Below, piece by piece: positions 24,546 through 37,889 of a stretch of DNA of 64,000 nt. Numbering within the stretch: position 1 is the stretch's first letter; every line of letters starts with the position of its first letter. The notes beneath the pieces were generated by a model. The model had not been told where the DNA came from. It saw only the letters and a program-made list of their open reading frames with translations, and searched no databases. Where the stretch lies: assembly GCF_020745735.1 (NCBI RefSeq), contig NW_026867487.1:2604001-2668000 (forward strand), in the 5' to 3' direction. The translations under genes and the position numbers were made by a program. Source of the stretch: Hemiscyllium ocellatum. Taxonomy: Eukaryota.

Positions 24546-27500
24546 AAAAACTTCCAGCTCGGCGAGCAGAACCACAACAACGGATACCCGAGCTACAAAT
24601 CTTCAATCAGATTTTAGGCACTAAGAGAGCTTATGCTGCCTGAGGAGTTTAAAAACTCACTTCCAAAGATGATAGGAATTCACGAGGATGAACAGAAAGT
24701 TGAAGAAGTGAGAAGGGTGACAGAGATAGCAGATCAGTATACGAGAGTGCACAAGGTGAAATTTAGCTTGCGAAAGGAATTTCATCCTGTACGGGATAGA
24801 AATTGGAAGAAGGGAGATCCTTTACTACAAAACAAAGCACAATGGGAATAGTTTACCACAGGTTAAAAAAGAAGCCCAAGGAGGTGAAAGGTGTTTTCAC
24901 AGTAATGGACTGAGATACATAAAATTACAGCGCCGGTGGTTTAAGAAAGGCACTGGGAAAAGGTGTTTTCACTGCCAGAAGGTGGGACACATAAGATCAC
25001 AGTGCTGGTCGCTGAAGAAAAGATGTGGTGAAAGAGGCTAACCCAGTGGGATTAATGACAGTCGTAAAGGAAATACCAAGAAAAGTTGAGGAGCTGCAGG
25101 AGAGTGCACAGCCCCAAGGCAGGAGCTGGTTACTGAGTTAGTGCCTGATCGCTATAAAGACTTCACCTCTGTGGGTAAAGTTTACTCAGGCAAAACAGTT
25201 GGGGGGTGGGGAGACAGGAAAGATGTTACAATTTGGAGAGATGTGGGAGCTAATCAGTCTCTAATAGTAAGAGATGAAAGTATTTGCACTCTTTCTGATA
25301 TGTTATTTCTAATTTGTGAAATGGATGGACAGAAAGTTAGCGTTTCCCTTGTGTAAGATCAGGTTGAAGAGCAAAATCTGAAGTAATAGTGGGAGTGACT
25401 GACAGAGGGTCAGTTCCAGGAAACAGTTTGTTCTTGAGAGCGATTTAAAAAACAAATACCCTGTGTAGGAGGATCCCGCTATCATAAGTCACAGCAACAA
25501 GCAAAAACTGAAGAGAAAGAAGAAGGAGTTGCGGTTCAGTTCACGGACACTCTGTTTGATGTAATGGTGCAGGAAAATCCTGGACAGGCAGAGGGTCAGG
25601 CGGAAGTGTTTCGCCCTGAAAGGCTAATGGACATACAACAGAAAGATGAGACAATAAAAGGTATTTTTTTATTGATGCCTACTCAGAAAGGGAATCAGAA
25701 TGTATTCCCAAAGTTTATTATCTTAAAGATACAATCCTCTGATGAAAATGGAGACCATGGCAGGTTAGTGCAGAGGAGAAATGGGTGAAGTGCATGAGAT
25801 TGTGTTGCCAGTAGCATACAGACAGGAAGTGTTATGGGTAGCACATAAGTTACCCGTAGGAGGTCATCTGTTGGCTTGGACTGCACAAGGATGTGGTTAA
25901 ATCTCACTCGACATGCCATATGTGCCAAATGGTAGGTAAGCCACAGGCAGTAATAAAAACAGCACCTTTGTAGCCAATTCCCACATTCAAAGAGCTGCTC
26001 ACACAGGTTATGATTGATTGTGTAGGTCCACTCCCAAAAACTATAAGTGGGAACCACTACTTGCTAACCATAATGAATATGTCTACCAGATTTCTTGGGA
26101 CAATTCCATGCCAGAGTATTAAGGCCAAAAGGTTGGTGGAGGAGTTGGTAGTTTTCTTTACCCAATATGGGCTACTCCAAGAGATTCAGTCACACCAAGG
26201 GTCTAATGTTACTGCTGGGCTGTTTACGGAAGTCATGGGTAGCTTAGGTGGAGAGCACTTTAAATCAAGTGCATGCCATCTTGAATCCCAGGGAGCTTTG
26301 GAAAGGTGGCACCAGACCCTGGAGACCCTGAAGAGCATACTGTCATGAAAACTCAAGTAATTAGAATAAAGGTTTCCCATTTGTATTGTTTGCCCCAAAT
26401 GAATCTACTCAGTTTATTCCCTTTGAATTAATATTCAGACTTGAAGTGAGAGGGCATTTGAAATTAATTTTTAAAAAATTGATAGGACTGAAGTCAGAGA
26501 TCACACACTGAGATTATGTATCTGAGGTGAGGGACAGATTCAGTTGGGTAGGTGAGTTAGCTAAACAGCTAACAGCTGAAGGGGGCACAGCATAGAATGA
26601 AGCAGGTGGCAGATAAAGACTCTAAAGTTTGGATGTTTTCCCATGGGAATAATGTATTAATATTAGTGTTACCAGTGGTAGGAGATCCCTTCAAAGCCAG
26701 TTTGAGTGGTCCCTATCAAATTGAGAAAAAGTTGTGTGAGGTAAACTATCTGGTAAAAAAAAACCACTGTATCGGCTATGTCATGTGAACATGTTGAAAC
26801 TTACTATAATGGAGACAGGGAACTGGAGAAACAGGTGTTAGTTACCACCCCCCCACAGTGAGGAATCAAATCCAGATATCGTGGAGTTTGATGTGTCTCA
26901 AAATACGTTAAATAATGAGGTCGTCCTCAAGGAATGGAATAGGTTAGTGAGTTACCTGTCTCAGGAGCAAAGAACTAAGTTAAAAGTTGGTTGCAGCAGT
27001 ATGAGGACATATGCAGGAATAAGATGGGGAGGACCAATACTATTGTGCATGTGGTATAAGTCGAGAATGCTGTGCTGATAAAACAACACCCCTACAGACT
27101 TAATCCTCTCAAAGCCACACAGGTCCAGAAGGAAGTGGATGAGATGCTCACCGAAAATCTCATCGAACCGAGCCAGAGTGAGTGAAGTTCACCGATCATG
27201 TTAGTTCCCAAACCTGATGGGACACAACAATTTTGCGTGGACTATCAGAAGGTCAATGCCATAACAAAACCAAGACTGGAGAACTGTTTGGAGAAAGTTG
27301 GCCAAGCCACTTACATTATGAAGTTGGACTTACTGTGTGGTTATGAGCAGGTACCTTTATCAGAGAAAGCCAAAGAAATTTCTGCGTTTGTAATCCCAAA
27401 CGGACTGTATCAATTCAAAGTGATGCCCTTTGGAATGATGAATGCACCAGCCACATTCCAAAGACTGATGAGCAAAGTTGTGGCCGGATTAACAAACTGT

Positions 27501-28460
27501 GCAGTTTATCTGGATGATGTAGTGATCTTTAGCGAGTCATGGAAAGAGCTCTTTGAACGATTGCGAAAAGCAAGATTAGTAATAAAATTAAGAAAACAGA
27601 ATTTGCGAAGGCAGAGGTGATGTTCTTGGGACATAACATTGGTCATGGAAGGTACATCTCAAGGAAAGCAAAGACATAGGCTATCGAGGAATTCCGCAGC
27701 CGTCCTCGAAGAAAGAGGTGCTTCCATTTTTGAGACTAAGTAGAATTTTGTGAGAAGTTTGTTCCAAACTTCAGCAGTGTGGAGTGCCTTCAGTGGTGGT
27801 CCCACTAAGGGATTTACGAAGGAAGAACACAAAATTCCATTGGACAGAACAATGTCAGGAGGCATTTGAGAATTGAAAGGCAGTTTTAATCACCACACCA
27901 GTTGCAGTTGCAGTTACACCAAAGTTTTTGAAACCCATCAAAGTTGCAATTGATGCTAGCAGTATAGGAGTTGAAGCTGTACTGCTACAGGAAGATGATG
28001 GATTGAATGGCCAGTTGGCTACTTTTCAAAGAAACTCAGCACCCACCAGAGAAAATGCCATACCATTGAAAAAGAATTATTGAGGTTGGTGCTGGCCTCA
28101 CAACATTTTAATGTTTATGTGATGAACAATGTGTTGGAGACGGTTGGGAACATGGACCACAATCCTCTTACATTCTTGGAAAGATTTAAAGACAATGTTA
28201 TGAGACTATTTTGTTGAAGTCTTATGTTACAGACTTTTAAATTACAAATTGTACATGTTGCAGGTCGTAAAACTGTGATAGCAGACGTATTATTGCGGGT
28301 TTAAAGGAAAACATTTCGGTAAGATTTGTCTGATTCCATATGTGTGCAGAAATTTATCTGGAAAGTATAACTTAGATTAATGACATATATGTTTCACAGT
28401 AATGGGATTCAGAATTAGACCTTTTCATTATAATGGTTCATTTTTTATTAAGGAGAGATG

Positions 28461-28988
28461 TGTTATGAAATTGCAGGTGCGTACTGTACCTTTAAGAGAG
28501 AGAGAGGGAGAGAGCAACTGCTGTAGAGTGAAGAAACTCATGGAGAGCTAATTGCCCATCTAACACCTTGCTCTCAAATAAATTAGAAAACACTTTGTAT
28601 CAAAGGGGCCTTTTCATGTGAGATATATGCGCAGTAAAAAGAAAGAAGACGACCCAGGGAAATCAGCAGCTGGAAGAGTGAAGACACAGAAGAAGACAGC
28701 GACTGTGGTTTTGAAATTAAGTCGATGTAATTTTAATAAATGTCTGACTGGAACAGTATATTGTTATAGAGTTGGAGGCAGATAGTAAGCTGTTAAGAGA
28801 AAGTTGTGAATAATTGTGAATAGTTGTTGTTTAATGCTCACTTTTAGAGTTAAAAAATAAATTGAGGTTATTTTCTCTAAATAGTGTAATTTGGCAGTTC
28901 TCTGTCACTCATATTTTAACGAGGTGAGGTGAATTTTTCTGGGTGTTGAGTTTTATTAACAGAGGGGGTTCAACTCCATGGTGTAACA
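28461..28988 (+). mobile_element. 3' LTR of Gmr1-like Gypsy element
   Basis: Preceded by purine tract aaggagagatg; runs TGTTATG...GTGTAACA; related to the other LTRs (gtactgtacctttaagag). Confidence 0.7.
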
Positions 28989-29759
28989 CATGTGTGAGAT
29001 ATGTATGTTTGTGAGTGAATGTTAGTGTTCATGGCTGTGAGTGTGAGACTGTGAATGGAGTATGAACAAGGGATAGGTCATTGTACCTTCAGGACTGTAT
29101 AAAATTGAATATGATTCAATAACTCAATATCCTTGTCTTCACTGATGGTATATCTCCCTGGATATCAAACCTGAAGCATTTGAATAACATTGTTGAAGAA
29201 TTTATTTGAGACATTTAATTCGGTGAGCTCAACCAAATTGAACCAATTTAACATTTTATAAATGCTCTTTTCCAACTTTGAAGATTGTGCCTTCAGGTTA
29301 ATGTTTCTCTTAACTCAGCAGCCTGCAAATATTCAGTACCAGCACATCAATAACTGGAATATCAGATGGGGCCAGAGTTAACCTGTTTGTTTTATACTAG
29401 CCAAAGCTTGGCAGGTACCTGCCTGTCCTTATTAAATGTTGCACTCTCCAAGGCAACACCTCTATCAGTCAGAGTTTATTTGCCAACCACTCAGCATTCT
29501 CCTGTCATATAGTATCCAATGTTGTTTTCCCTTTACTTTAGTATCTCTTGTGAATTGTCCTGATGAGTTCTGGATGACAAGCGTTAACAAAATGTGTCTC
29601 TTTCTGCAGCACTCACATTATGTGTTTATTGATGAACACTTGGTGAATGGATGGATATTTGTATTCTATGTTTAGTGTATAGAAAGCATACCACTGGTCA
29701 GATTGGGAGCTGGATGCATTAATTAACTGTGTGTTGTGACCCATGGAGAAGTGGGATCA

Positions 29760-31000
29760 GAAAGACAGTGCACTTTTCTCATCTCAGTCATAACATAAAA
29801 CAGGAGGCTCCCCGTGGGATACCCGATGCTAAAAACATGTCAGTGGAAGTAAGGGAATAATAACTGGTAAAAGGTAAATGGCTTTGGCAGTTACAGAAAC
29901 TTTCCTAGAGAGGGACATTTTATCTCTGAGTGATCAACAAAACATAACCAAAGCCAGGCTGTTAGAATTGGTGAGGAAGAGGAAGTTAGGATTAAGAGCA
30001 GGAACAAGTAAAGCAGACATAATTGGGGTAATAGCAGAGCATTTGAAACTGGAAAAGAAGCAAACTGGTACAACAGGCGAGTGAACTGAGTTATCGAGAC
30101 TTCAGTTGTTGATGGAGCAGCTTGAACAAGAAAATGAAATGGGGAAACTCAAGTTTCAAATGAGGAAAAAGGAAAACAAACAGACAACACATGAGTTCTT
30201 CAGAGAGAAGAGAGAGAGAGAGAGAGAGAGAATTATAAGAAATGAAACTGGAGCATTGACGTACAGAGGGATCTGGGCATTCAGGTGGATGAGGTGGTCA
30301 AGAAGGCATACACCACATTTTCCTTCATTGGCTGGAGCACCGAATATAAAAGTTGGCAAGTTATGTTACAGCTGAACGAAGCTTTAGTTATGCTACATTT
30401 GAAATATTGCATGGGGGTCTGCTCTCCACACGACCAGAAGTACGTGGATGCTTCGGAAGGAGGTGCAGAGAAGGTTTACTGTGACATTGCCTGGCCTGGA
30501 GAGGTTTGGTTATGAGGAGACGTTGGATAAACTCAGGTTTGTTTCACTGGAACAATGGAAGCTGAGGGGTGTCCTGATCGAGTTCTACAAAACTATGAGA
30601 AGCATAAATAGACAGAGGCTGGAGTTTTAGGTGCAGGAGAAAGAGAGTGAATGAGCATTGAAAAGTGAAACAGGAGAGAGGCAGGAGAAAGGAAAGGGAA
30701 TGTGAAAAGGAATACTGGGTTAGAAAGCTGGAATGGAGAAAGAGGATGGCTGAGACTCTGAGGAGGTTTCCAGTGCGGAAACATCTAGATTCAACCCAAG
30801 AGCCAGTGGGAAGATTTTTAAATTGGTGAAAGCCTTTCTGAAGTTTGATGAAAGGGACATAGAGGCATTTAAAATTTCTTTTGAAAGGACAGTCAAGCAG
30901 ATGGTGTGGCCAAAAAAAATGTGGGCATTGCTTGTACAAAACCCTTGCTTTCTGAAGAGGCTTCTGTAGATATTGAGGTGACAAAAAGGACTATTTTCAC
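29760..31000 (+). mobile_element. Gypsy gag fragments interrupted by a CR1 fragment (~30245-30620)
   Basis: ORF 29878-30084 (MALAVTETFL..KADIIGVIAEHL) and FEKxxKQMxWP-like sequence ~30880. CR1 EYKSWQVMLQL in 30285-30515. Confidence 0.65.
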
Positions 31001-32184
31001 AACACAGGAGTTTGTCTCAGAGGCTGACAGACAGCTATTTCTGGAATACCCAGAAGCAGTCTGGACAAACTTAGAGAGAATTTGAGAGATGATTTGACTG
31101 GAGTGAAAGTAGCAGCTTCTCTAATTGCCACCAAAAGCTCAGTGAGGTCAAGGAGGTGGAGCTGGAACAGGAAAGGGATCCGAGAATTTATCCCTGATGT
31201 GTTATAAGCACAGTTTTGTAAAACAATATATACGAGATCATTGGAAAGCCACAAACTTCAATCAAACTGTAAACATTTAATTGTCATTCTGTTTTTCAGG
31301 AATCCTATAGCAGGGTGTTAGTGGATTGTGTGAGATGTTCATTGAAAACAAAAGCAGGATACCAGTATATCCTTACTCCCGTGGATATCTCTGGTTCTAC
31401 TGTTCCCAGAGACCATGCCCTTGGGAACAATTACTGTTAATACAGTGATAGAGAGGGGGACTCAGTGCTTCACTTGATATTGTGATGAAGGCCATGATAG
31501 ATAAAGAAGAGCGTTGTCATGGTAATGTCACTAAAGTGAAATCCAGAACTTCAAGCTCATGTTCTGAGGAGATGGGCATGAGTCCTACTCTGGCAGATGG
31601 TGAAATTCAACAAAAATCTGGAATAAAAAGCTGGTTTAATGGTGACCATGCAATGATTCCCATAAAGACCCATCTGGTTTCCTTAAGGGGGGTACATCTG
31701 CCATCCTTACCTGGTCGGGTCTGCACCTGATTCCAGATCCACAGCGTTCTGGTTCACTCTTAACTACTTTCCGGACAAGTCGGGACGGGCAATAAATGCT
31801 GGCCTTGTCAGTTCTTCCCAAATCCTAAGCATAAACAAAACCAATATTATTCATATTGTTTGGAACCCTGGGTTCTGGAGTAGAGAGAACATGCACAGCT
31901 CTGTGTTTGATCTGTATTGGTGTTAAGAGGAAAAGGATATAGTTTCAGTTTCATTTCTGAGCCCCATGGTTGCACTGCATGGTCTGGTGTTTAATTTATA
32001 TGCTCCTAAACAAGGTCTTTAAAACACCTGAGGTGAACAGTGTAGTCCATTAGAAACAGAGAGAAAAGTGAATAAAAATCTGCTGTTTCTGACAAACAAG
32101 GAGTCCTGTGACTCAGGCTGCAGAAAGACAGAACCATCCAGAACTTCAGGAAGAGAGTGTGCAGTTTCCATCAGAGAGAAGCAT

Positions 32185-33140
32185 AGAGTCAGAGAGATGT
32201 ACAGCACGGAAACAGACCCTTCGGTCCAACCCGTCCATGCCGACCAGATCTCCTAACCTAATCTAGTCCCACCTGGCAGCACCCAACCCATATCCCTCCC
32301 AACCCTTCCTGTTCATGTACCCATCCAGATGCCTTTTAAATGCTGTAATTGTACCAGCCTCCATCACATCCTCTGGCAGCTCATTCCATACACGAACCAC
32401 CCTCTGAATGAAAACATTGCCCTTTAGGTCTCTTCTATATCTTCGCCTTCTCACCCTAAACCTATGCCCTCTAGTATGTACTTTCCCACCCCAGGGAAAA
32501 TACTTTGTCTAATTATCCTATCCATGCCCCTCATGATTTTATAAATGTTTATAAGGTCACCCCGGAGCCTCCGACGCTCCAGACCCAGCTTATTCAACCT
32601 CTTCCAAGATCTCAAACACTCCAACCCTGGCAACATCCTTGTAAATCTTTTGTGAACCCTTTCAAGCTTCACAACATCCTTCCGATAGGAAGGAGACCAG
32701 AATTGCACACAATATTCCAAGACTGGCCCAACTAGTGTCCTGTACAACCGCAACATGACCTCCCAACTCCTGTACTCAATACTCTGACCAATAAAGGAAA
32801 GCATACCAAATGCCTTCTCCACTGTCCTACCTACCTGTGACTCCACTTTCAAGGAGCTATGAACCTGCACTCCAGGGTCTCTTTGTTCAGCAACACTCCC
32901 TAGGACCTTCCTATTAAGTGTATAAGTCCTGATCTGATTTGCTTTCCCAAAGTGCAGCACCTCGCATTTATTTAAATTAAACTCCATCTGCCACTTCTCA
33001 GCCCATTGGCCCATCTGGTCCAGATCCTGTTGTAATCTGAGGTAACATTCTTCACTGTCCACTGCACCTCCAATTTTGGGGTCATTTGCAAACTTATTAA
33101 CTATACCTCTTATGCTCACATCCAAATCATTTATATAAAT
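32185..33140 (-). mobile_element. CR1 LINE 3' fragment
   Basis: ORF 32451-33125: KWQMEFNLNKC, LEYCVQFWSP, ERRRLRGDLI. Followed by a 3' UTR. Confidence 0.9.
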
Positions 33141-34399
33141 GCTGAAAATCAGGTCATGAAAAGAGGAACAGCGTGTAATGTTAGTACGGAAATAAGAGCA
33201 GGAGCCAGTTCTGTCCTTCTAGTTCATGGCCGGTCATCTACCTCAATGCCACATTCCCCGGGATCTCCTTATCCCTTGATGACTTCAGGAACTAGAAATC
33301 CATCAATCTCTCTCTGGAACTGAATTAATGACTGAGCTTTCACAGCCTCTGGGGCAGAGAATTCCAAAGATTCATTCCCCTCTGAGTGAAGGAGCTCCTC
33401 CTAAACTCAGTCCTAAAAGGTTTGTATTGTATTCTGAGGTGTGTCTCCTGGTTCTGGTGGAGGCCAGAGATGGTTCACTGCACTTACTCTGGGTATGGAG
33501 GGACTGCCTTATAAGGAGAGGTTGAGGAAGTTGGGCTTGTATACACATTGGATCTTATTGAAACAAACAGGATTCTTAGGGGACTTGAGAGTACAGATAT
33601 GGAGCATTGTTTCTCCTTGTGGGAGAGTCAGGGACCAGAGGGCATCATCTCCAGAAGATGTAGCAGCAGAAGGAGACCATTCAGCCCATCAAGTCTACTC
33701 TGCCATTCAATCAGGTCACGGCTGTTCTATTCATCCTAAACTCAAATAAAGGGTCACACATTTCAGATAGAGATGGGGAGGAATCTCTTCTTTCAGATGA
33801 CAGTGACTCTCGGTGTTTCTTTGCCACACACAGGACTGTTCAGGTTGGGCCATTAAACCCTGAAGGCTGCGATAGACAGATTTTTAATCAGTATGAAAAT
33901 TGTGTGTTATGGGGAAAAGGCAGGAAAGTGGAGTTGAGGATGAGCTCATGAATAACAGAACAGACTCAATGGGCTGAATGGCCTGTTTCTGCCCCACTGT
34001 CTTATGGGGTTATTGGTCAGTGCATTGAATACAGGAGTTAGGGACGTCATGTTGCAGCTGGACAGGACTTTCTTGAGGCCACATTCAGAAAACTGCATTC
34101 AATTCTGATCTCCCTGCTACAGGAATCATACAATCATGAGGGGCATGAATAGGATGAATTAACAAGGTCTTTTTTCCCAAGGTTGCACAGTCCAAAACTA
34201 TAGGGCATAGGTTTAAGATGAGAGGGAAAGACTTAAAAGGGCTCTGAGGGGCAACTTTTTCACACAGAGGGTGATACGTGTGTGGAAAGAGCTGCCAGAG
34301 GAAGTGGTGGAGGCTGGTACAATTGTAACATTGAAAAGGCATTTGGATGGGTATATGAATAGGATTGTGTTGATTACACAATGTTCAGCACAATTCACG

Positions 34400-35460
34400 A
34401 TTCCTCAGAGTCCGTGCTCAAACTTAACAAAATCAGGACAATATCCAGGCTTGGGCCAACAAGTGGCAAGTAACATTCATGCCACACAAATGCCAGACAA
34501 TGGCCATCACCAACAGGAGAAACTCTAACCACCGTCTCTTAACATTTAACGGTATTACCATCACTGAATCCCCCACTGTCAACACCCTTGGGGTTACCTT
34601 TGACCAGAAACTCATCTGGATTCACTACATAAACACAGTTATTCCAAGAGCAGGTCAGAGACTAGGGATACTGTAGCGAGTAACTCACCTCCTGATACCC
34701 CAATGTCTTTACACCATCTGCAAGGTACAAGTCAGGAGTGTGATGGAATACTCCCCACCTGCCTGGATGGGGGCAGCTCCAACAACACTCAAGAAGCTTG
34801 ACACCATCCAGGACAAAGCAAGCCGCTTGATTGGCACCACATCTACAAACATTCAATCCCTCCACCACCAGCACTCAGTAGCAGCAGTGTGTACTATCTA
34901 CCAGATGCACTGCAGAAATTCACCAAGGATCTTTCGACAGCATCTTTCTAACCCACGACCACTTCCATCTCGAATGACAAGGGCCAAGTGTCATGCTGGA
35001 AAAGCACAGCAGGTGAGGCAGCATCCAAGGGGCAGGCGAATCAACGTTTCGGGCATAAGCCCTTCATCAGGAATGATCAAAACATCGATTCTCCTGCACC
35101 TCGGATGCTGCCTGACCTGCTGTGTTTTTCCAGCACCACATTCTCGACTCTGATCTCCAGCATCTGCATTCCTCACTTTCTTCCAGAAGGATAAGAGCAG
35201 GAGGTACTTGGGAACAGTACCACTTGCAAGTTCCCCTCCAAGCCACTCACCACCCTGACTTGGAAGTATACTGCCATTCCTTCACAGTTGTTGGGTTGAA
35301 ATCCTGGAATTCCCTCCCTATCGGCTTTGTGAGTCAACCCACAGCAAGTGGACTGCAGCGATTCAAGAAGGCAGCTCACCACCGCCTTCCCAAGGGCAAA
35401 TAGGGATGGACTATCAGTGCTGGCCAGCCAGCAACGCCCAAGTCCCACAGATGTATAAAA
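34400..35460 (+). mobile_element. LINE (L2/CR1-group) RT C-terminal fragment with nested palindromic Penelope-derived element (~34990-35185)
   Basis: ORFs 34479-34676 and 34740-35153 (LGVTFDQKL, MEYSPPAWMGAAPTTLKKLDTIQ). The nested insert is self-complementary. Confidence 0.7.
35039..35074 (-). ncRNA. Minimal hammerhead ribozyme core
   Basis: auuc CUGAUGA a GGGC uuau GCCC GAAAC GUU gauu. Stem I is weak (2-3 bp). Confidence 0.5.
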
Positions 35461-37851
35461 AAAAGGAAGAGTTCAGAGGGATATAGACCAAATGCTGCAA
35501 ATGGGACTAGATTAATTTGGGATGTCTGGTTGGCATGGACGAGTTGGACCGAAGTATCTGTTTCCATGCTGTTTCCCTTCATGATCTTACTAATCTTGCA
35601 GTCCCATACTGTCTCTGGATCCTAGGGCTTAGTTATTTCAGTGACACTCCTTGCGTATTTGTCTGTAAATCCTTATTTAGCTTGTCTGCCTTTTCTGCAC
35701 ATTAATTTGATGTATTTTGTCACATGTACTGAGATACAGTGAAAAGTATTGTTTTGTGTGCTCTGCAGATGGATCATATCATACAAAGTGCATCAGGTAA
35801 CAGAATAGAATGCAGTGTTACAGCCGCTGAGAAGGTGCAGAGAGAGGGATCGACATTAACATTTGAGAAGTCTGTTCAGAATTCTGATAACTGCGGGGAA
35901 GAAGCTGTTCTTGAATCTGTTTGTATGAATCTTCCAACTGTTAAGTGTTCTGCCCGACAGGAGACAGTGGAAGAGAGTATAATCAGGGTGGGAGGGCTCT
36001 TTAATGATGTTGGTTGTTTTCCCGAGGCAAAGGGAAGTATAGATGGTGCCAATGGACTGAAGGCTGGATTGTGTGATGGTCTGGGCTATATTCACGGCTC
36101 TCTGTAGAATCTTGTGGTCTGGAGAAGACCAGTTACTACGATGTATCTGCAATTATACATTCTCTTGTCTCTGCCTATAATGGACCTTTGCTAATGGAAA
36201 GAGATATTTACATTCTGTTTTTATCTTTCCTGCTGTTTTATATTCATATTCTATTTTCTCTTTCACAATTTCTCGGTCCTCCTTTGCTGAATTCTATGTT
36301 TGAAGTTCGATACAGGTGAAGTAGTTTTAGTTATTTCTGATTCTCAGCTGTGGATAGGGAATGATCTCTCCAGGCATCATTCAAAAAACCTATACAGGTC
36401 AGGTCAGGGTGTATAAAACAGAAGACCATGGAAGAACTGAATGCAACTCTCCAAGATCATGAGAGAAACATCTCAGATATACCCTTACATGTGACTCAAA
36501 ACCAGGGTTGGTCACTTATAAACAGTGGAGGCTGTACTGACTTGCATCTGATTTGCAGAGTAGAGGAAGAGGAAACCCAAGAAGATCATTGAACAGTTTT
36601 AACGTGGAGGTTGATAGATCTTGACAAATGAGAGAGTCAAAGCTTATCAGAGTGAGGCAGGAATGTGAATTTGAGGTCACGATTAATTCAACCATGAACT
36701 TACTCAATGGTGGAACATGCTTCAGGGGTTATTTAGCCTCCTCTTGCTGCTAATTCGGATGTTCATCTGTCTGTTCACATCAGACTATAAACTCCAGAAC
36801 TGAACTTCCAGTTCTAGTCACTGGATATTTCACATTATTTGACATCCAGAAACAAAGTCAGAATAAAATCTCATCCACTCTTGGATAAAGATAAATTAAG
36901 CAAAGGATTTCACTCGTGACAGAACCAACAAGCTGGTGTTCAAGGATAGTCTCAGTGTCCAAACCCAGAACTACCCACTATCACTGAAGCAGGTTCTTCT
37001 TCTACAGGCCTGGGATGTGTGTTCTTTTAGATACTGAGGGAAGGAATACAGAGACCGTTTTAGTCTGCATCAAGATCACTGTAAAAGACTGAGTAGACAA
37101 ATAAAGAGACAGAGAAAGAAGGACAAGCTGGTACATGGACATTCACAGAGTATGTTTCTCCACTCCAAGACAGAGACAGGCCACAAACCATACGTGAGTC
37201 TCTTAAATTTTAAGTTAGCAAGAATTCCTTCATGAATACAACAATTCTGACTGGGGATGATGAGGTTTCATGCAAAGACACAGAATACACTCAGAAAGCA
37301 ACAGATTGTGGCAAATGTTTTGTCCCTGATATCGGGGGCAAGGCCTGATCAAAATTAAATAATCCTTGTTAAAAAGGCAGAAACCTTTACTCTCACAATG
37401 TGACAAAAGGCTCGAATTTCTATATGATTATTATTTTTAGAAATTAGAGTTCAATTTCGAGACAAACGGATGTTGGTTACTTGTGTTACTCCTTTGAAAA
37501 GAAAGGTCAGAGACACCTTTCAGCCCAGTGATTAGAACCAGCATTTTGTCAGAAAGCAGATAAAGCAGATCCCTGTAATGTTAATACAAGATATTTATAC
37601 TCTCGTGTTTACAGCAGGAAGGGTAAACACGAAAGGCCATGAGTTTTGTTCATAGATCTAAGAAAACTCGGAGGAGCATTTCATTTTTTTAAAAATCCTT
37701 TCAGAAAGCACTAGAATTGAATGCAGAAGCAAGTTTAGCTTCTCTCTCAGGAAGTATTCGGGTGGTTCATGGATCAATTTACTGTAGCACAAGGGTTTAA
37801 TTCACAAAATGTTGAGACCAGGAGAGTTTGGTCTGCAATCTGTTGGTGAAC

Positions 37852-37889
37852 TTTACCTGATGAGAGGGCAGTGCTCTGAAAGCTTGTGA
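37852..37889 (+). ncRNA. Minimal hammerhead ribozyme core at a Penelope-type 3' end
   Basis: uuac CUGAUGA g AGGGC agu GCUCU GAAA GCUU guga: 4-bp stem I (one G-U), 5-bp stem II, palindromic AGCU stem III. Confidence 0.55.

Larger units (their letters stand above)
23494..24615. mobile_element. Penelope-like element, fold-back (inverted) pair of 3' ends with GIY-YIG remnants
   Basis: VVYKIPCKDCTKHYIGQTGR (GIY-YIG) on - (ORF 23562-23969) and its mirror on + (24010-24509). Inversion centre ..ttctagtga-ct-cactagaac.. at ~24000. 14-bp TSD aggcactaagagag at 23480-23493 and 24616-24629. Confidence 0.9.
22780..28460 (+). mobile_element. Gmr1-like Gypsy internal region (gag, PR-like, INT, RT, RNase H), decayed
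   Basis: gag ~22800-24900; Zn knuckle ~24965 (tgttttcactgccagaaggtgggacac); RDVGANQSL ~25240; integrase MIDCVGPLPKT..ESQGALERWHQT (26010-26348); RT PKPDG..YLDDVVIFS (27198-27620); RNase H DASS.GV.AVLLQ ~27950. Confidence 0.88.
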
